Positions 38,365-46,825 of a stretch of DNA of 64,000 bases are shown here, piece after piece. The notes beneath the pieces were generated by a model. That model was not told the DNA's origin and did not search any database. It worked only from the letters and a program-made list of their open reading frames with translations. Source of the DNA: Candidatus Dormiibacterota bacterium (lineage in GTDB: Bacteria > Chloroflexota > Dormibacteria > Aeolococcales > Aeolococcaceae); assembly GCA_963777285.1 (NCBI GenBank), contig CAVZPR010000001.1:589039-653038 (forward strand), in the 5' to 3' direction. The stretch's first letter is position 1. The number at the start of each line of letters is the position of its first letter. A program made the position numbers and the translations under genes.

Positions 38365-38856
38365 ATGGCCCAGGACCACTCCTTCGACGTCGTCAGCGAC
38401 TTCGACCGCCAGGAGTTGGTCAACGCCGTGGACCAGGCTCGGCGCGAGATCACCACGCGGTACGACTTCAAGGGCGTGCCGGTGCAGATCGAGCTGGACG
38501 CCGCGACGATCACCGTGACGTCTGCAAGCGACGGGCAGCTCAAGTCGATCCTGGACGTGCTGCAGAGCAAGGTGCACCGTCGCGGCATCGACCTCAAGGT
38601 CCTCGACGCGCAGAAGCCGGAGCCGGCGGCGAAGGGCAACGTGCGCCAGGTGATCAAGCTGCGCAAGGGAATCGACGAGGAGCTGGCGCGCAGCCTGACC
38701 AAGCGCGTGCGCGCGGTGCATCCCAAGGCGCAGGTGCGCACCCAGGGTGATCAGCTCCGCGTCAGCGCCCGGGACAAGGACGAGCTTCAGGCTGTGATTC
38801 AGCAGCTGAAGGAGCTCGACCTCGAGGTGCCCCTGCAGTTCACCAACTATCGGTGA
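38365..38856 (+). CDS. yajQ: YajQ family nucleotide-binding protein (UPF0234)
   Basis: SFDVVSDFDRQELVNAVDQARREITTRYDFKG. Confidence 0.92.
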   Translation: MAQDHSFDVVSDFDRQELVNAVDQARREITTRYDFKGVPVQIELDAATITVTSASDGQLKSILDVLQSKVHRRGIDLKVLDAQKPEPAAKGNVRQVIKLRKGIDEELARSLTKRVRAVHPKAQVRTQGDQLRVSARDKDELQAVIQQLKELDLEVPLQFTNYR

Positions 38857-38909
38857 GCCGGCCCGCGAAGGTCGCCACGGCACGTAGAAAAGCTGTTTGG
38901 GGCGCCGGC

Positions 38910-39449
38910 ATGACGCGGCACCTCACGCTTCCCAACCAGCTCACCATCCTCCGCCTGCTGCTGGTGCCGGTGATCGGCTACACGCTGAGCGCGTCGTGGG
39001 CGTACCACGACCAGGTGAGCGTGGCGGTCTACGCGTCCGCGGCCGCCACCGACACGCTCGACGGCCGCATCGCGCGCAGCCGCCAGCTCGTCAGCGAGCT
39101 GGGCAAGTTCCTCGATCCGCTGGCGGACAAGATCCTCGTCGTCACGGTGCTGGCCATACTGCTCGGCGAAAATCTGGTTCCGTTCTGGGTGGTCGTGGTG
39201 ATCTTCGCCCGTGAGTTCGTGATCACGGGCATCAGGTTCGTTGCCGCCGGCCAGGGCGTGGTGGTGGGATCAACCCCGTGGGGCAAGTCGAAGACCGTGA
39301 CGCAGAACTTCATGATCGCGTTGCTCATGCTGCAGCCGGCGTACCCGGCGCTCAAGCCGGTTGCGTTCGGTTTCACCCTGCTCGCGGTGGTGGCCACCGT
39401 GGCGAGTGGGCTCGACTATCTCTGGCGCTACCGCCGCTTCGTGATCTGA
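38910..39449 (+). CDS. pgsA: CDP-diacylglycerol--glycerol-3-phosphate 3-phosphatidyltransferase
   Basis: LPNQLTILRL, CDP-alcohol motif DTLDGRIAR....SELGKFLDPLADK. Confidence 0.92.
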   Translation: MTRHLTLPNQLTILRLLLVPVIGYTLSASWAYHDQVSVAVYASAAATDTLDGRIARSRQLVSELGKFLDPLADKILVVTVLAILLGENLVPFWVVVVIFAREFVITGIRFVAAGQGVVVGSTPWGKSKTVTQNFMIALLMLQPAYPALKPVAFGFTLLAVVATVASGLDYLWRYRRFVI

Positions 39450-39452
39450 CGA

Positions 39453-39965
39453 ATGCGGCCGATCAGCGCGCCGATGCTGGCTGAGGATTTTCCAGATGCG
39501 GCCGTTCTTGGCCAGAACCTGCGCGAGGCGGGATGGACCATCGCCGTGGCCGAGTCCTGCACGGGCGGGCTGCTCGGCGCCGTCCTGACGGCGGTGCCCG
39601 GTGCCTCCGACTACGTGCGCGGCGGCGTCATCGCCTACGCGGACGACGTCAAGCAAGAGCTGGTCGGCGTCGACCAGGAGATCCTGGCCGGCGCCGGCGC
39701 CGTCAGCGAACCGGTGAGCGCGCAGATGGCCGAGGGCGCACGCCGCCGCCTGCAGGCGGACGTGGGGGTTGGGATCACCGGTGTCGCGGGCCCCGGGCAG
39801 CCCGGGGAAGCCAAGCCGGCGGGGCTCGTGTTCGTGGCGGTTGCCTCGCCCGTGGGTCTCGAGGTGAGCCGGCTGCAGGGCGATGCGGGCCGCGAAACCA
39901 ACCGCGCCGCCGCGGTTCGCGAGGCGCTCCGTGTTTGCATCGCGCACACCGGCCGGCGACCATGA
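39453..39965 (+). CDS. pncC: CinA C-terminal-domain protein / nicotinamide-nucleotide amidase PncC
   Basis: IAVAESCTGGLLG, GGVIAY....K..LLGV, VGITGVAGP. Confidence 0.9.
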   Translation: MRPISAPMLAEDFPDAAVLGQNLREAGWTIAVAESCTGGLLGAVLTAVPGASDYVRGGVIAYADDVKQELVGVDQEILAGAGAVSEPVSAQMAEGARRRLQADVGVGITGVAGPGQPGEAKPAGLVFVAVASPVGLEVSRLQGDAGRETNRAAAVREALRVCIAHTGRRP

Positions 39966-39988
39966 CGGCCCCGATGTGCCGCAACCCG

Positions 39989-40027
39989 TTGTCAGTCCCG
40001 CCCGCATCGTATACAGTACATATGTTC
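39989..40027 (+). promoter_or_regulatory. recA distal promoter with overlapping LexA box
   Basis: TTGTCA (39989-39994) - 17 nt - TACAGT (40012-40017). GTAC-ATAT-GTTC at 40016-40027 has one mismatch to GAAC-N4-GTTC. Confidence 0.55.
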
Positions 40028-40130
40028 GCCCCCGGACGAGCCCGGATTGCCCCGCCCGCAGCGGCGCGTCACCCTCGCAGCAGCTTCGCAGCAGTGCGCG
40101 ACGTCACCACGTCGCCGTTGGAGTACGGTC

Positions 40131-40159
40131 TTGACAAACACACTAGACAGTCGTACCAT
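40131..40159 (+). promoter_or_regulatory. recA proximal sigma70-like promoter
   Basis: TTGACA (40131-40136) - 17 nt - TACCAT (40154-40159), about 60 nt upstream of the recA GTG. Confidence 0.5.
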
Positions 40160-40220
40160 CGAGCCCGTCGTGGATGTGATCGGCAGGCGCTCGACGCCGT
40201 CCAAAGAGAGGAGCGAGCCT

Positions 40221-41267
40221 GTGGCAACAACTGAACGTGACCGAGCGCTGCAGACGGCCCTCGGGCAGATCGAGAGGGCGCACGGAAAGGGCGCGATCAT
40301 GCGCCTGGGCGAGGCTCAGACGCAGAGGGTCGAGGTGATCCCCACGGGCGCGCTCACGCTGGACATCGCCCTCGGCGTCGGCGGCATCCCGCGCGGTCGC
40401 GTGGTCGAGGTGTACGGACCGGAGTTGTCGGGCAAGACCACGCTCACGCTGCACGTCATCGCAGAGGCACAGCGTCGCGGTGGGGTCGCCGCCTTCATCG
40501 ACGCGGAGCACGCGCTCGATCCGCAGTACGCGGCGCGCATCGGTGTGCGCACCGAGGAGCTCCTCATCTCGCAACCGGACACCGGCGAACAGGCCCTCGA
40601 GATCGTCGAGGTGCTGGTTCGCAGCGGTGCGGTCGACGTCGTCGTGATCAACTCCGTCGCGGCGCTGGTGCCCAAGGCGGAGATCGACGGCGAGATGGGG
40701 GACACCCACGTGGGCCTGCAGGCGCGGCTGATGTCGCAGGCCATGCGGAAGCTCACCGCCGCCATCAGCCGGTCCAACACCTCGGTGATCTTCATCAACC
40801 AGCTGCGCGAGAAGGTGGGGATCATGTTCGGCAACCCCGAGGTCACGACCGGTGGCCGCGCGCTCAAGTTCTATGCGTCCGTACGCATGGACATCCGCAA
40901 GATCGACTCCATCAAGCAGGGCCTCGACGTCATCGGCAGCCGGGTCAAGGTCAAGGTTGTCAAAAACAAGGTGGCGCCCCCCTTCAGGGCCGCGGAGTTC
41001 GACATCCTCTACAACGAGGGCATCTCGTACGCCGGCAGCGTTCTCGACATGGCCATCGACGCGCGGATCATCGACAAGAGCGGAGCCTGGTTCTCCTACG
41101 GCGACATGCGCCTCGGTCAGGGCCGCGAGAACGTGCGCGACTACCTGCGCCAGAATCCGTCGTTGCTCGAGGAGGTCGCCGGTAAGGTGCGGCTGGCGGC
41201 TCTCCCCGAGGCCACGCCGGCGCCGGCGGCGGAGAACGGCGCGTCGCCGCCGGTTCCGGTGGGCTGA
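40221..41267 (+). CDS. recA: Recombinase RecA
   Basis: GTG 40221 after [56 protein letters not shown]. Confidence 0.97.
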   Translation: MATTERDRALQTALGQIERAHGKGAIMRLGEAQTQRVEVIPTGALTLDIALGVGGIPRGRVVEVYGPELSGKTTLTLHVIAEAQRRGGVAAFIDAEHALDPQYAARIGVRTEELLISQPDTGEQALEIVEVLVRSGAVDVVVINSVAALVPKAEIDGEMGDTHVGLQARLMSQAMRKLTAAISRSNTSVIFINQLREKVGIMFGNPEVTTGGRALKFYASVRMDIRKIDSIKQGLDVIGSRVKVKVVKNKVAPPFRAAEFDILYNEGISYAGSVLDMAIDARIIDKSGAWFSYGDMRLGQGRENVRDYLRQNPSLLEEVAGKVRLAALPEATPAPAAENGASPPVPVG

Positions 41268-41770
41268 GCACGCGAAGCGCTCCGGCGCGGCAGCACAGGG
41301 AGACCCCCGACCGCGACGACGCGGCCGCCGCCGAGTCCGCCGCGCTGCGCATCCTCGGCGGTGCGGCGCAGTCCGGCGCCGCGCTGCAGCGGCGGCTGGA
41401 GCGACGCGGGTTCTCCGCTGAAGCGGCCGCGGCTGCCGTGGAGCGCTGCCGCGAGCTGGGCTACGTCGACGACGTGTCGCTTGCTGCGTCGGTCGCCGCC
41501 CGCCATCGCCGCGATCTGCACGGCCGCGCGCGCATCGTCGCCGATCTGCGCGCCCGCGGCGTCACCGCGGACGCCATCGCCAGCGCCACATCAGGGCTGA
41601 CCGAGGACGAGCAGGACGCCGCGGTCGCCGCGGCGCACCTGCTTCACGCGCGCCGCCACGACACCTCCCAGCCGCTCGACCAGGGCGCACGGCGGCGCAT
41701 CGGCGCGGCCCTGCAGCGTCGCGGCTTCAGCGGCGACGTCATCGTGAGGGCACTGCGCTCGCTCGACTGA
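41264..41770 (+). CDS. recX: RecA regulator RecX; probable CTG start overlapping the recA stop
   Basis: Three-helix RecX repeats ([25 protein letters not shown] ... ELGYVDD ... LRARGV ... LQRRGF). The first canonical start (GTG 41438) would delete the first repeat. CTG 41264 forms CTGA with the recA TGA. Confidence 0.8.
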   Translation: MSTRSAPARQHRETPDRDDAAAAESAALRILGGAAQSGAALQRRLERRGFSAEAAAAAVERCRELGYVDDVSLAASVAARHRRDLHGRARIVADLRARGVTADAIASATSGLTEDEQDAAVAAAHLLHARRHDTSQPLDQGARRRIGAALQRRGFSGDVIVRALRSLD

Positions 41771-41840
41771 TGCTCGCGGCGTGTGGGCGAAGTGAACGCA
41801 CGTCATCGCCCTCACGATGTCATCGGAGGGCGCGTGGCCT

Positions 41841-43205
41841 TCAGCCGGCCGTGGCGGTGGCGGTGCCGGGAGGTCGCCGCCGATCCTGCCGGGTGGCGAC
41901 CAGCAGCAGACCGAACGTCGTCAGCGACAGGATCAGACCGAGTCCGATCAGCCCGTCCGCCTGGAAGAGATGGGTCGAGACGCCTCCGAGGACCGCGCCG
42001 ATGGCGCTTCCCCCGGCGAGGGCCACCGTGTAGAAGGACATCAGAGCGGCGCGATCGGCGACCAGCGCCTCGCTGCAGTCGGCCAGGTACGTGACCGCCG
42101 CCGGGCCGAAGCCCGCCAGCCAGAGAATCCCCAGGATCAGGAACGGCAGCCAGATGGGCCCCAGCCCGAGCGGCGTGTGGTTGATGGCGAGCAGCGCCGC
42201 GAGGATGAGCCAGGTTCCCGGGACGGCCCGCCGCATGACCCGCAGCGGGTGCGAACGGGCCAGCACGGGGGTCCAGAGGATGATCCCGATCAGGAACGCC
42301 ACGATCCAGCCGACCAGGATGCCGCCGATCAGGCGCTCGTCGAAGTGGTGCATGAGCGTCTGACCCGGCACCCGGGCGTGGCGCAGCAGCGCTGCCAGGT
42401 TGGCCAGGAACGCCCCCAGCAGGGCGAAGCCACACATCCATGCGGGCAGGAAGCTGCGCAGGGGGCCGGGGCCGAGCACCGTCCGCAACACGGTGCGCAG
42501 CGGGCTCACCCGCATCGGCGCGATCCGCGGCACGAACACCACGCACACCAGCGCGGAGGCTACGTAGAGGCCCGCCAGCGCCACGAACGCGAAGCGGTGG
42601 ATGCCCACCCAGATGAACGAGCCCAGGGCGAAGCCGCCGGCGTAGCCCGCCAGCGTGGCACCCTCGAAGGCGCCGCTGGCGCGCGAGCGCACGGCGCGGT
42701 TGCTCACCGTCGCCGCGGCGATGATTCCCAGCGCCACAGGAACGAACGCAGCGGCCCCGATGCCCTCCACCAGCCGTGCGCCGGCGAGCTGCGCCGCGTT
42801 GACCCCGCCCGCGACCAGGAGCACCCCGAGGACCCCGATGAGGGGGCCTGCCACCAGCAGCCGTGACCTGCCGACGCGGTCCGCGTAGCGAGCCAGGAAC
42901 GGCGCGAAGATCATCTCGGTCAGCGCCTGCGACGCGCCCACGAGCCCGATCGCCAGACCGTTGGGCCGCGCATGGGCCAGGTCGCTGAGGTCGAACTGGA
43001 CGGCCACGCCGGTCCCCACGGTGGCCACGCGAAGCAGGGCGGTGGCCAGCAGCAGCGCTCCCAGCGCGGCGGGACGATGCCGCTGCAGCTCGTCGTCCAG
43101 GTTGGCGACCCAGGCAGCTTCCGCGTCGGAGCCGCCTTCGGGTACGCCGGCGGGTATCGCGAGCGGCTCGATGACGCCCGCCGACTGCTGATCTCCCTCT
43201 GCCAC
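41841..43205 (-). CDS. MFS transporter
   Basis: 12-TM-like. FAPFLARYADRVGRSRLL (MFS loop 2-3). Start chosen at GTG 43205; upstream ORF residues are Arg/Pro-rich and non-membrane. Confidence 0.8.
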   Translation of the reverse strand: MAEGDQQSAGVIEPLAIPAGVPEGGSDAEAAWVANLDDELQRHRPAALGALLLATALLRVATVGTGVAVQFDLSDLAHARPNGLAIGLVGASQALTEMIFAPFLARYADRVGRSRLLVAGPLIGVLGVLLVAGGVNAAQLAGARLVEGIGAAAFVPVALGIIAAATVSNRAVRSRASGAFEGATLAGYAGGFALGSFIWVGIHRFAFVALAGLYVASALVCVVFVPRIAPMRVSPLRTVLRTVLGPGPLRSFLPAWMCGFALLGAFLANLAALLRHARVPGQTLMHHFDERLIGGILVGWIVAFLIGIILWTPVLARSHPLRVMRRAVPGTWLILAALLAINHTPLGLGPIWLPFLILGILWLAGFGPAAVTYLADCSEALVADRAALMSFYTVALAGGSAIGAVLGGVSTHLFQADGLIGLGLILSLTTFGLLLVATRQDRRRPPGTATATAG

Positions 43206-43368
43206 GGGGCACAGCGTATAGCGCCCCGCGGCTTGGCGGGAACGAGGCGCGCACTCGGTCTGCGTGCCCTTACAATCGCGGGGTCGGACGCGTCGACCGA
43301 CCGGCGCCACCAGGCCCGGCCCGCGCCGGAGAGCAAACGAAGCTGGCTTCGCCCTCCGGCCCTTGTCG

Positions 43369-44959
43369 ATGCGCCCGGCACGCACACGGGCACCTGGGTG
43401 CCCCTACGGAGTTCCTGACATCATCATCGAAATAGCCGCCCTTGCCGGGCTGGTTGTCGCGGTCGCGTTCGCGATCTGGGCGCTCGTGTACGCACGCGGC
43501 AGCGTGGCACGCGCCCGCGCCGAGCACGCCGCCGCCGACCAACGCAGCGGCGACGCCCGCGCCGCTGCCGAGCAGGACGCCAAGGCGGCGCTCCTCGCCG
43601 CCAAGGAGGAAGCCGCTCGGCGCCGCGACGAGGTGGAGTCCGAGCTGCGTGAGCGCCGTGCTGAGGTTGCGCGGCTGGAGCAGCGCGCTTCGCAGCGCGA
43701 AGAAGCGATCGAGCGGCGCATGCGTGAGCTGGAGTTCGAACGAGGCCCGTCTGGGCAGACGGGAGACCGAGCTCGAGGAGCTGCGCCAGACGATCGAGCA
43801 GGAGCGGGCCGCGGTCGACAAGGAGCTGCAGCGCGTGTCCTCCCTCTCCCAGGAGGAGGCGCGAGCCGAGCTGCTCCAGGCAGTCGAGGCGGAGCTCACG
43901 GGCGAGATCGCGGAGCGCATCCGCAGCGCCGAGCAGCGCGTGCGCGAGGAGGCGAGCGAGAAGAGCCGCGAGATCCTGATCGGCGCCATGCAGCGTCAGG
44001 CGTCGGAGGAGACGGGCGACGCGGCGGTGACGGTGGTCCAGCTTCCCTCTGACGAGCTCAAGGGCCGGATCATCGGTCGCGAAGGCCGCAACATCCGTGC
44101 CCTCGAGGCGGCGACGGGCGTCGATGTCATCGTCGACGACACCCCGGAAGCGATCGTGCTGAGCGCCTTCGACCCGGTGCGCCGCGAGGTCGCGCGGGCG
44201 GCGCTGGAGCGCCTCTTCGCCGACGGCCGGATCCACCCGGCGCGGATCGAGGAGATGGTCACCAAGAGCCGCAACGAGCTGGCGCAGCGGATCAGGCAGG
44301 ACGGCGAGCAGGCCTGCCAGGAGGTCGGCATGACCGGTGTTCATCCGGAGCTTACCCGTCTCCTGGGGACGCTGCGCTTCCGCAGCACCTACGGCCAGAA
44401 CGTGCTGGCTCACGCGGTGGACTCGGCGGGCATCGCCGGCCTGATCGCGGCGGAGATCGGCTACGACGAGCAGGCGGCCAAGGAGGCGGCGCTGTTCCAC
44501 GACATCGGCAAGGCTGTCGAGCACGACATCGAGGGGTCGCACGCGATCATCGGCGGCGAGATCCTGGCCCGGCTGGGGCGCAAGCCGGCGGTGGTGCACG
44601 CCGTGCGCACCCATCACTACGACGAGGAGCCCCGCTCCACCCTCGCCTTCATCGTGATGACCGCGGATGCCATCAGCGCGGCGCGCAGCGGCGGCCGCCG
44701 CGAGGGTCTGGCCGCATCGATCAAGCGCCTGGAGCGTATCGAGGCCATCGCCAACGACTTCCCCGGCGTGGAGCGCAGCTTCGCCGTGCAGGCGGGCAAG
44801 GAGCTCCGGGTGATGGTCAAGCCCGAGGAGGTCGACGACGACGCGGCGCAGGTGATGGCGCGGCAGATCGCCAAGCGACTGCACGGCGAGGGCAGCTACA
44901 GCGGCCGGATCAAGGTGGTGGTGCTGCGCGAGACCCGGAGCGTCGAGTACGCCAAATAG
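43369..44959 (+). CDS. rny: Ribonuclease Y; reading frame broken (one extra nt near 43741)
   Basis: N-terminal TM + coiled coil in the frame of ORF 43264..44052. From ...EARLGRRETELEEL onward it is in ORF 43442..44959 (KH: LKGRIIGREGRNIRALE; HD: LFHDIGKAVEH; C-terminus RETRSVEYAK). Length 1591 nt is not a multiple of 3. Confidence 0.88.
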
Positions 44960-45028
44960 GGGACGGCGGTAACGATCGCATCGCGGTGGCGGGTCTCATT
45001 CCCACCAAGGGCACAATCGACCGGGATA

Positions 45029-45343
45029 ATGTCCACAACCACGCACGCGATCCCGCAGGGCCCTGAGGGGGCCGCAACTCCATTGGAAATTCTCAAAGTC
45101 TCCGCAACAAGCAAGCCGGTGGCAGTCGCCGGCGCCATCGCCGGCGTCGTGCGCAGCCAGCAGAGGGTGGAGGTCCAGGCGATCGGCGCCGGGGCCATCA
45201 ACCAGGCGGTCAAGGCGATCGCCATCTCCCGCGGCTACGTCGCGCCGGGCGGCCTCGACCTGGTGTGCATCCCTTCGTTCATCGACATCAGCATCGACGG
45301 CGAGGAGCGCACCGGCATCCGGCTCGTGGTCGAGGTGCGGTAA
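45029..45343 (+). CDS. spoVS: SpoVS family protein
   Basis: LKVSATSKPVAVAGAIAGVVR....VEVQAIGAGAINQAVKAIAISRGY. Confidence 0.9.
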   Translation: MSTTTHAIPQGPEGAATPLEILKVSATSKPVAVAGAIAGVVRSQQRVEVQAIGAGAINQAVKAIAISRGYVAPGGLDLVCIPSFIDISIDGEERTGIRLVVEVR

Positions 45344-45536
45344 GGAGCCGACCTCGGTCCGGCCGCCCTCAGGGCCGGCTGATTCCGGCGGGACCGGGCC
45401 GCCGGCCGCTGCTACGCTTCCGGCGATGCCGCTCCCTACGCTCAGCGTGGCCGCCCGCGGCTTTTCGCCGCTGCCGCTGCTGCAGCGGCCGGCGCGCCGG
45501 CAGCCCATCGTTCCCGTGCTTGGCCGGGCGCCGCGC

Positions 45537-46808
45537 GTGCACCTGTGGCACATCGGCTGCCAGATGAACCAGGCGGATCGCGAGCAGCTGGCGGAGCAGC
45601 TCGCCGACATCGGCTGCATCCCCGAGGTGCCGCTCGATGACGCCGACGTCGCGGTGCTGATCACGTGCACCGTTCGCGCCAACGCGGAGCAGAAGGTGTA
45701 CGGACGCTTCCGCGAGCTGATCCCGTGGAAGCGCCGCCGCCCCGGCCGGGCCATCGCCATCACGGGGTGCATGGCGGTGGAGCACGGCGAGGCGCTGCTC
45801 GATCAGCTGCCCGAGCTCGACTACGTGTTCGACGTGCGCGACCCGGACGGTTTCCTGGCCAAGCTCCAGAGCCTGCTCGCCGCCGACCTCGACAGCCCCG
45901 TCGCCCTGCCGGCCTCCGACCGGCTCAGCGCGTACGTTCCGGTCATGGGTGGCTGCAACGAGATGTGCACGTACTGCATCGTGCCCTTCGTGAGGGGCCG
46001 CGAGACAGGTCGCAGCGCGCGCGAGATCGTTGAGCACGTGACGCGCCTGGTCGACCGAGGTGTGCGCGACGTGACGCTGCTCGGCCAGAACGTGAACTCG
46101 TACCGCGATCCGGAGAGCGGCGGGCGGTTGCCGGAGCTGCTGCGGCTGGTGGACGCGGTGCCCGGCCTGTGGCGCCTGCGGTTTCTGACGTCGCATCCGC
46201 GCAATGCGGTGCCTGCGCTCTTCACAGCCATGCGCGATCTCTCCACCGTGTGCGAGCAGCTGCACCTTCCCGTCCAAGCGGGCGCCGACACGCTGCTGCG
46301 CCGCATGCGCCGCCTCTACACGGTGGCCGAATACCGCGAGAAGATCGACTCTGCGCGCGCCACGGTGGGACCGCGACTCGCGGTGACGACCGACGTCATC
46401 GTCGGCTTCTGCGGTGAGACCGACGCCGAGTTCGCGGCCACCGAGCAGCTGCTTCGCGACGTGCGCTTCGACACGGTCCACCTCGCCGCATACTCGGTGC
46501 GCCCCGGCACGGCAGCGGCGCGACGCGCCGACGACGTACCGCTGCAGGAGAAGAAGCGCCGCCTCAACCACCTGCTCGAGGTGCAGCGGGCGATCGCGGC
46601 GGAGCGCAACGCCGCGCTCGTCGGCAGTGAGGTCGAGGTGCTCGTCGAGGGAGCCGCCGCGAACGGACGGCTGTTCGGGCGCACGCGAGAGAACAAGGTC
46701 GCGTGGCTGCCGCCCGGCGCCGCCAGGATCGGCGCGCGCCGCCGCGGCACCGTGGTCGACGCCACCGCGTGGCAGCTCCAGGTCCAGGCACTCGATCCAG
46801 CGGCGTGA
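45537..46808 (+). CDS. miaB: tRNA (N6-isopentenyladenosine-37) methylthiotransferase MiaB
   Basis: HIGCQMNQADRE, TCTVR, radical-SAM GGCNEMCTYCIVP, TRAM domain at the C-terminus. Start GTG 45537; the ORF is open from 45426. Confidence 0.9.
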   Translation: MHLWHIGCQMNQADREQLAEQLADIGCIPEVPLDDADVAVLITCTVRANAEQKVYGRFRELIPWKRRRPGRAIAITGCMAVEHGEALLDQLPELDYVFDVRDPDGFLAKLQSLLAADLDSPVALPASDRLSAYVPVMGGCNEMCTYCIVPFVRGRETGRSAREIVEHVTRLVDRGVRDVTLLGQNVNSYRDPESGGRLPELLRLVDAVPGLWRLRFLTSHPRNAVPALFTAMRDLSTVCEQLHLPVQAGADTLLRRMRRLYTVAEYREKIDSARATVGPRLAVTTDVIVGFCGETDAEFAATEQLLRDVRFDTVHLAAYSVRPGTAAARRADDVPLQEKKRRLNHLLEVQRAIAAERNAALVGSEVEVLVEGAAANGRLFGRTRENKVAWLPPGAARIGARRRGTVVDATAWQLQVQALDPAA

Positions 46809-46825
46809 CCACGAGAGGGAAGGGG

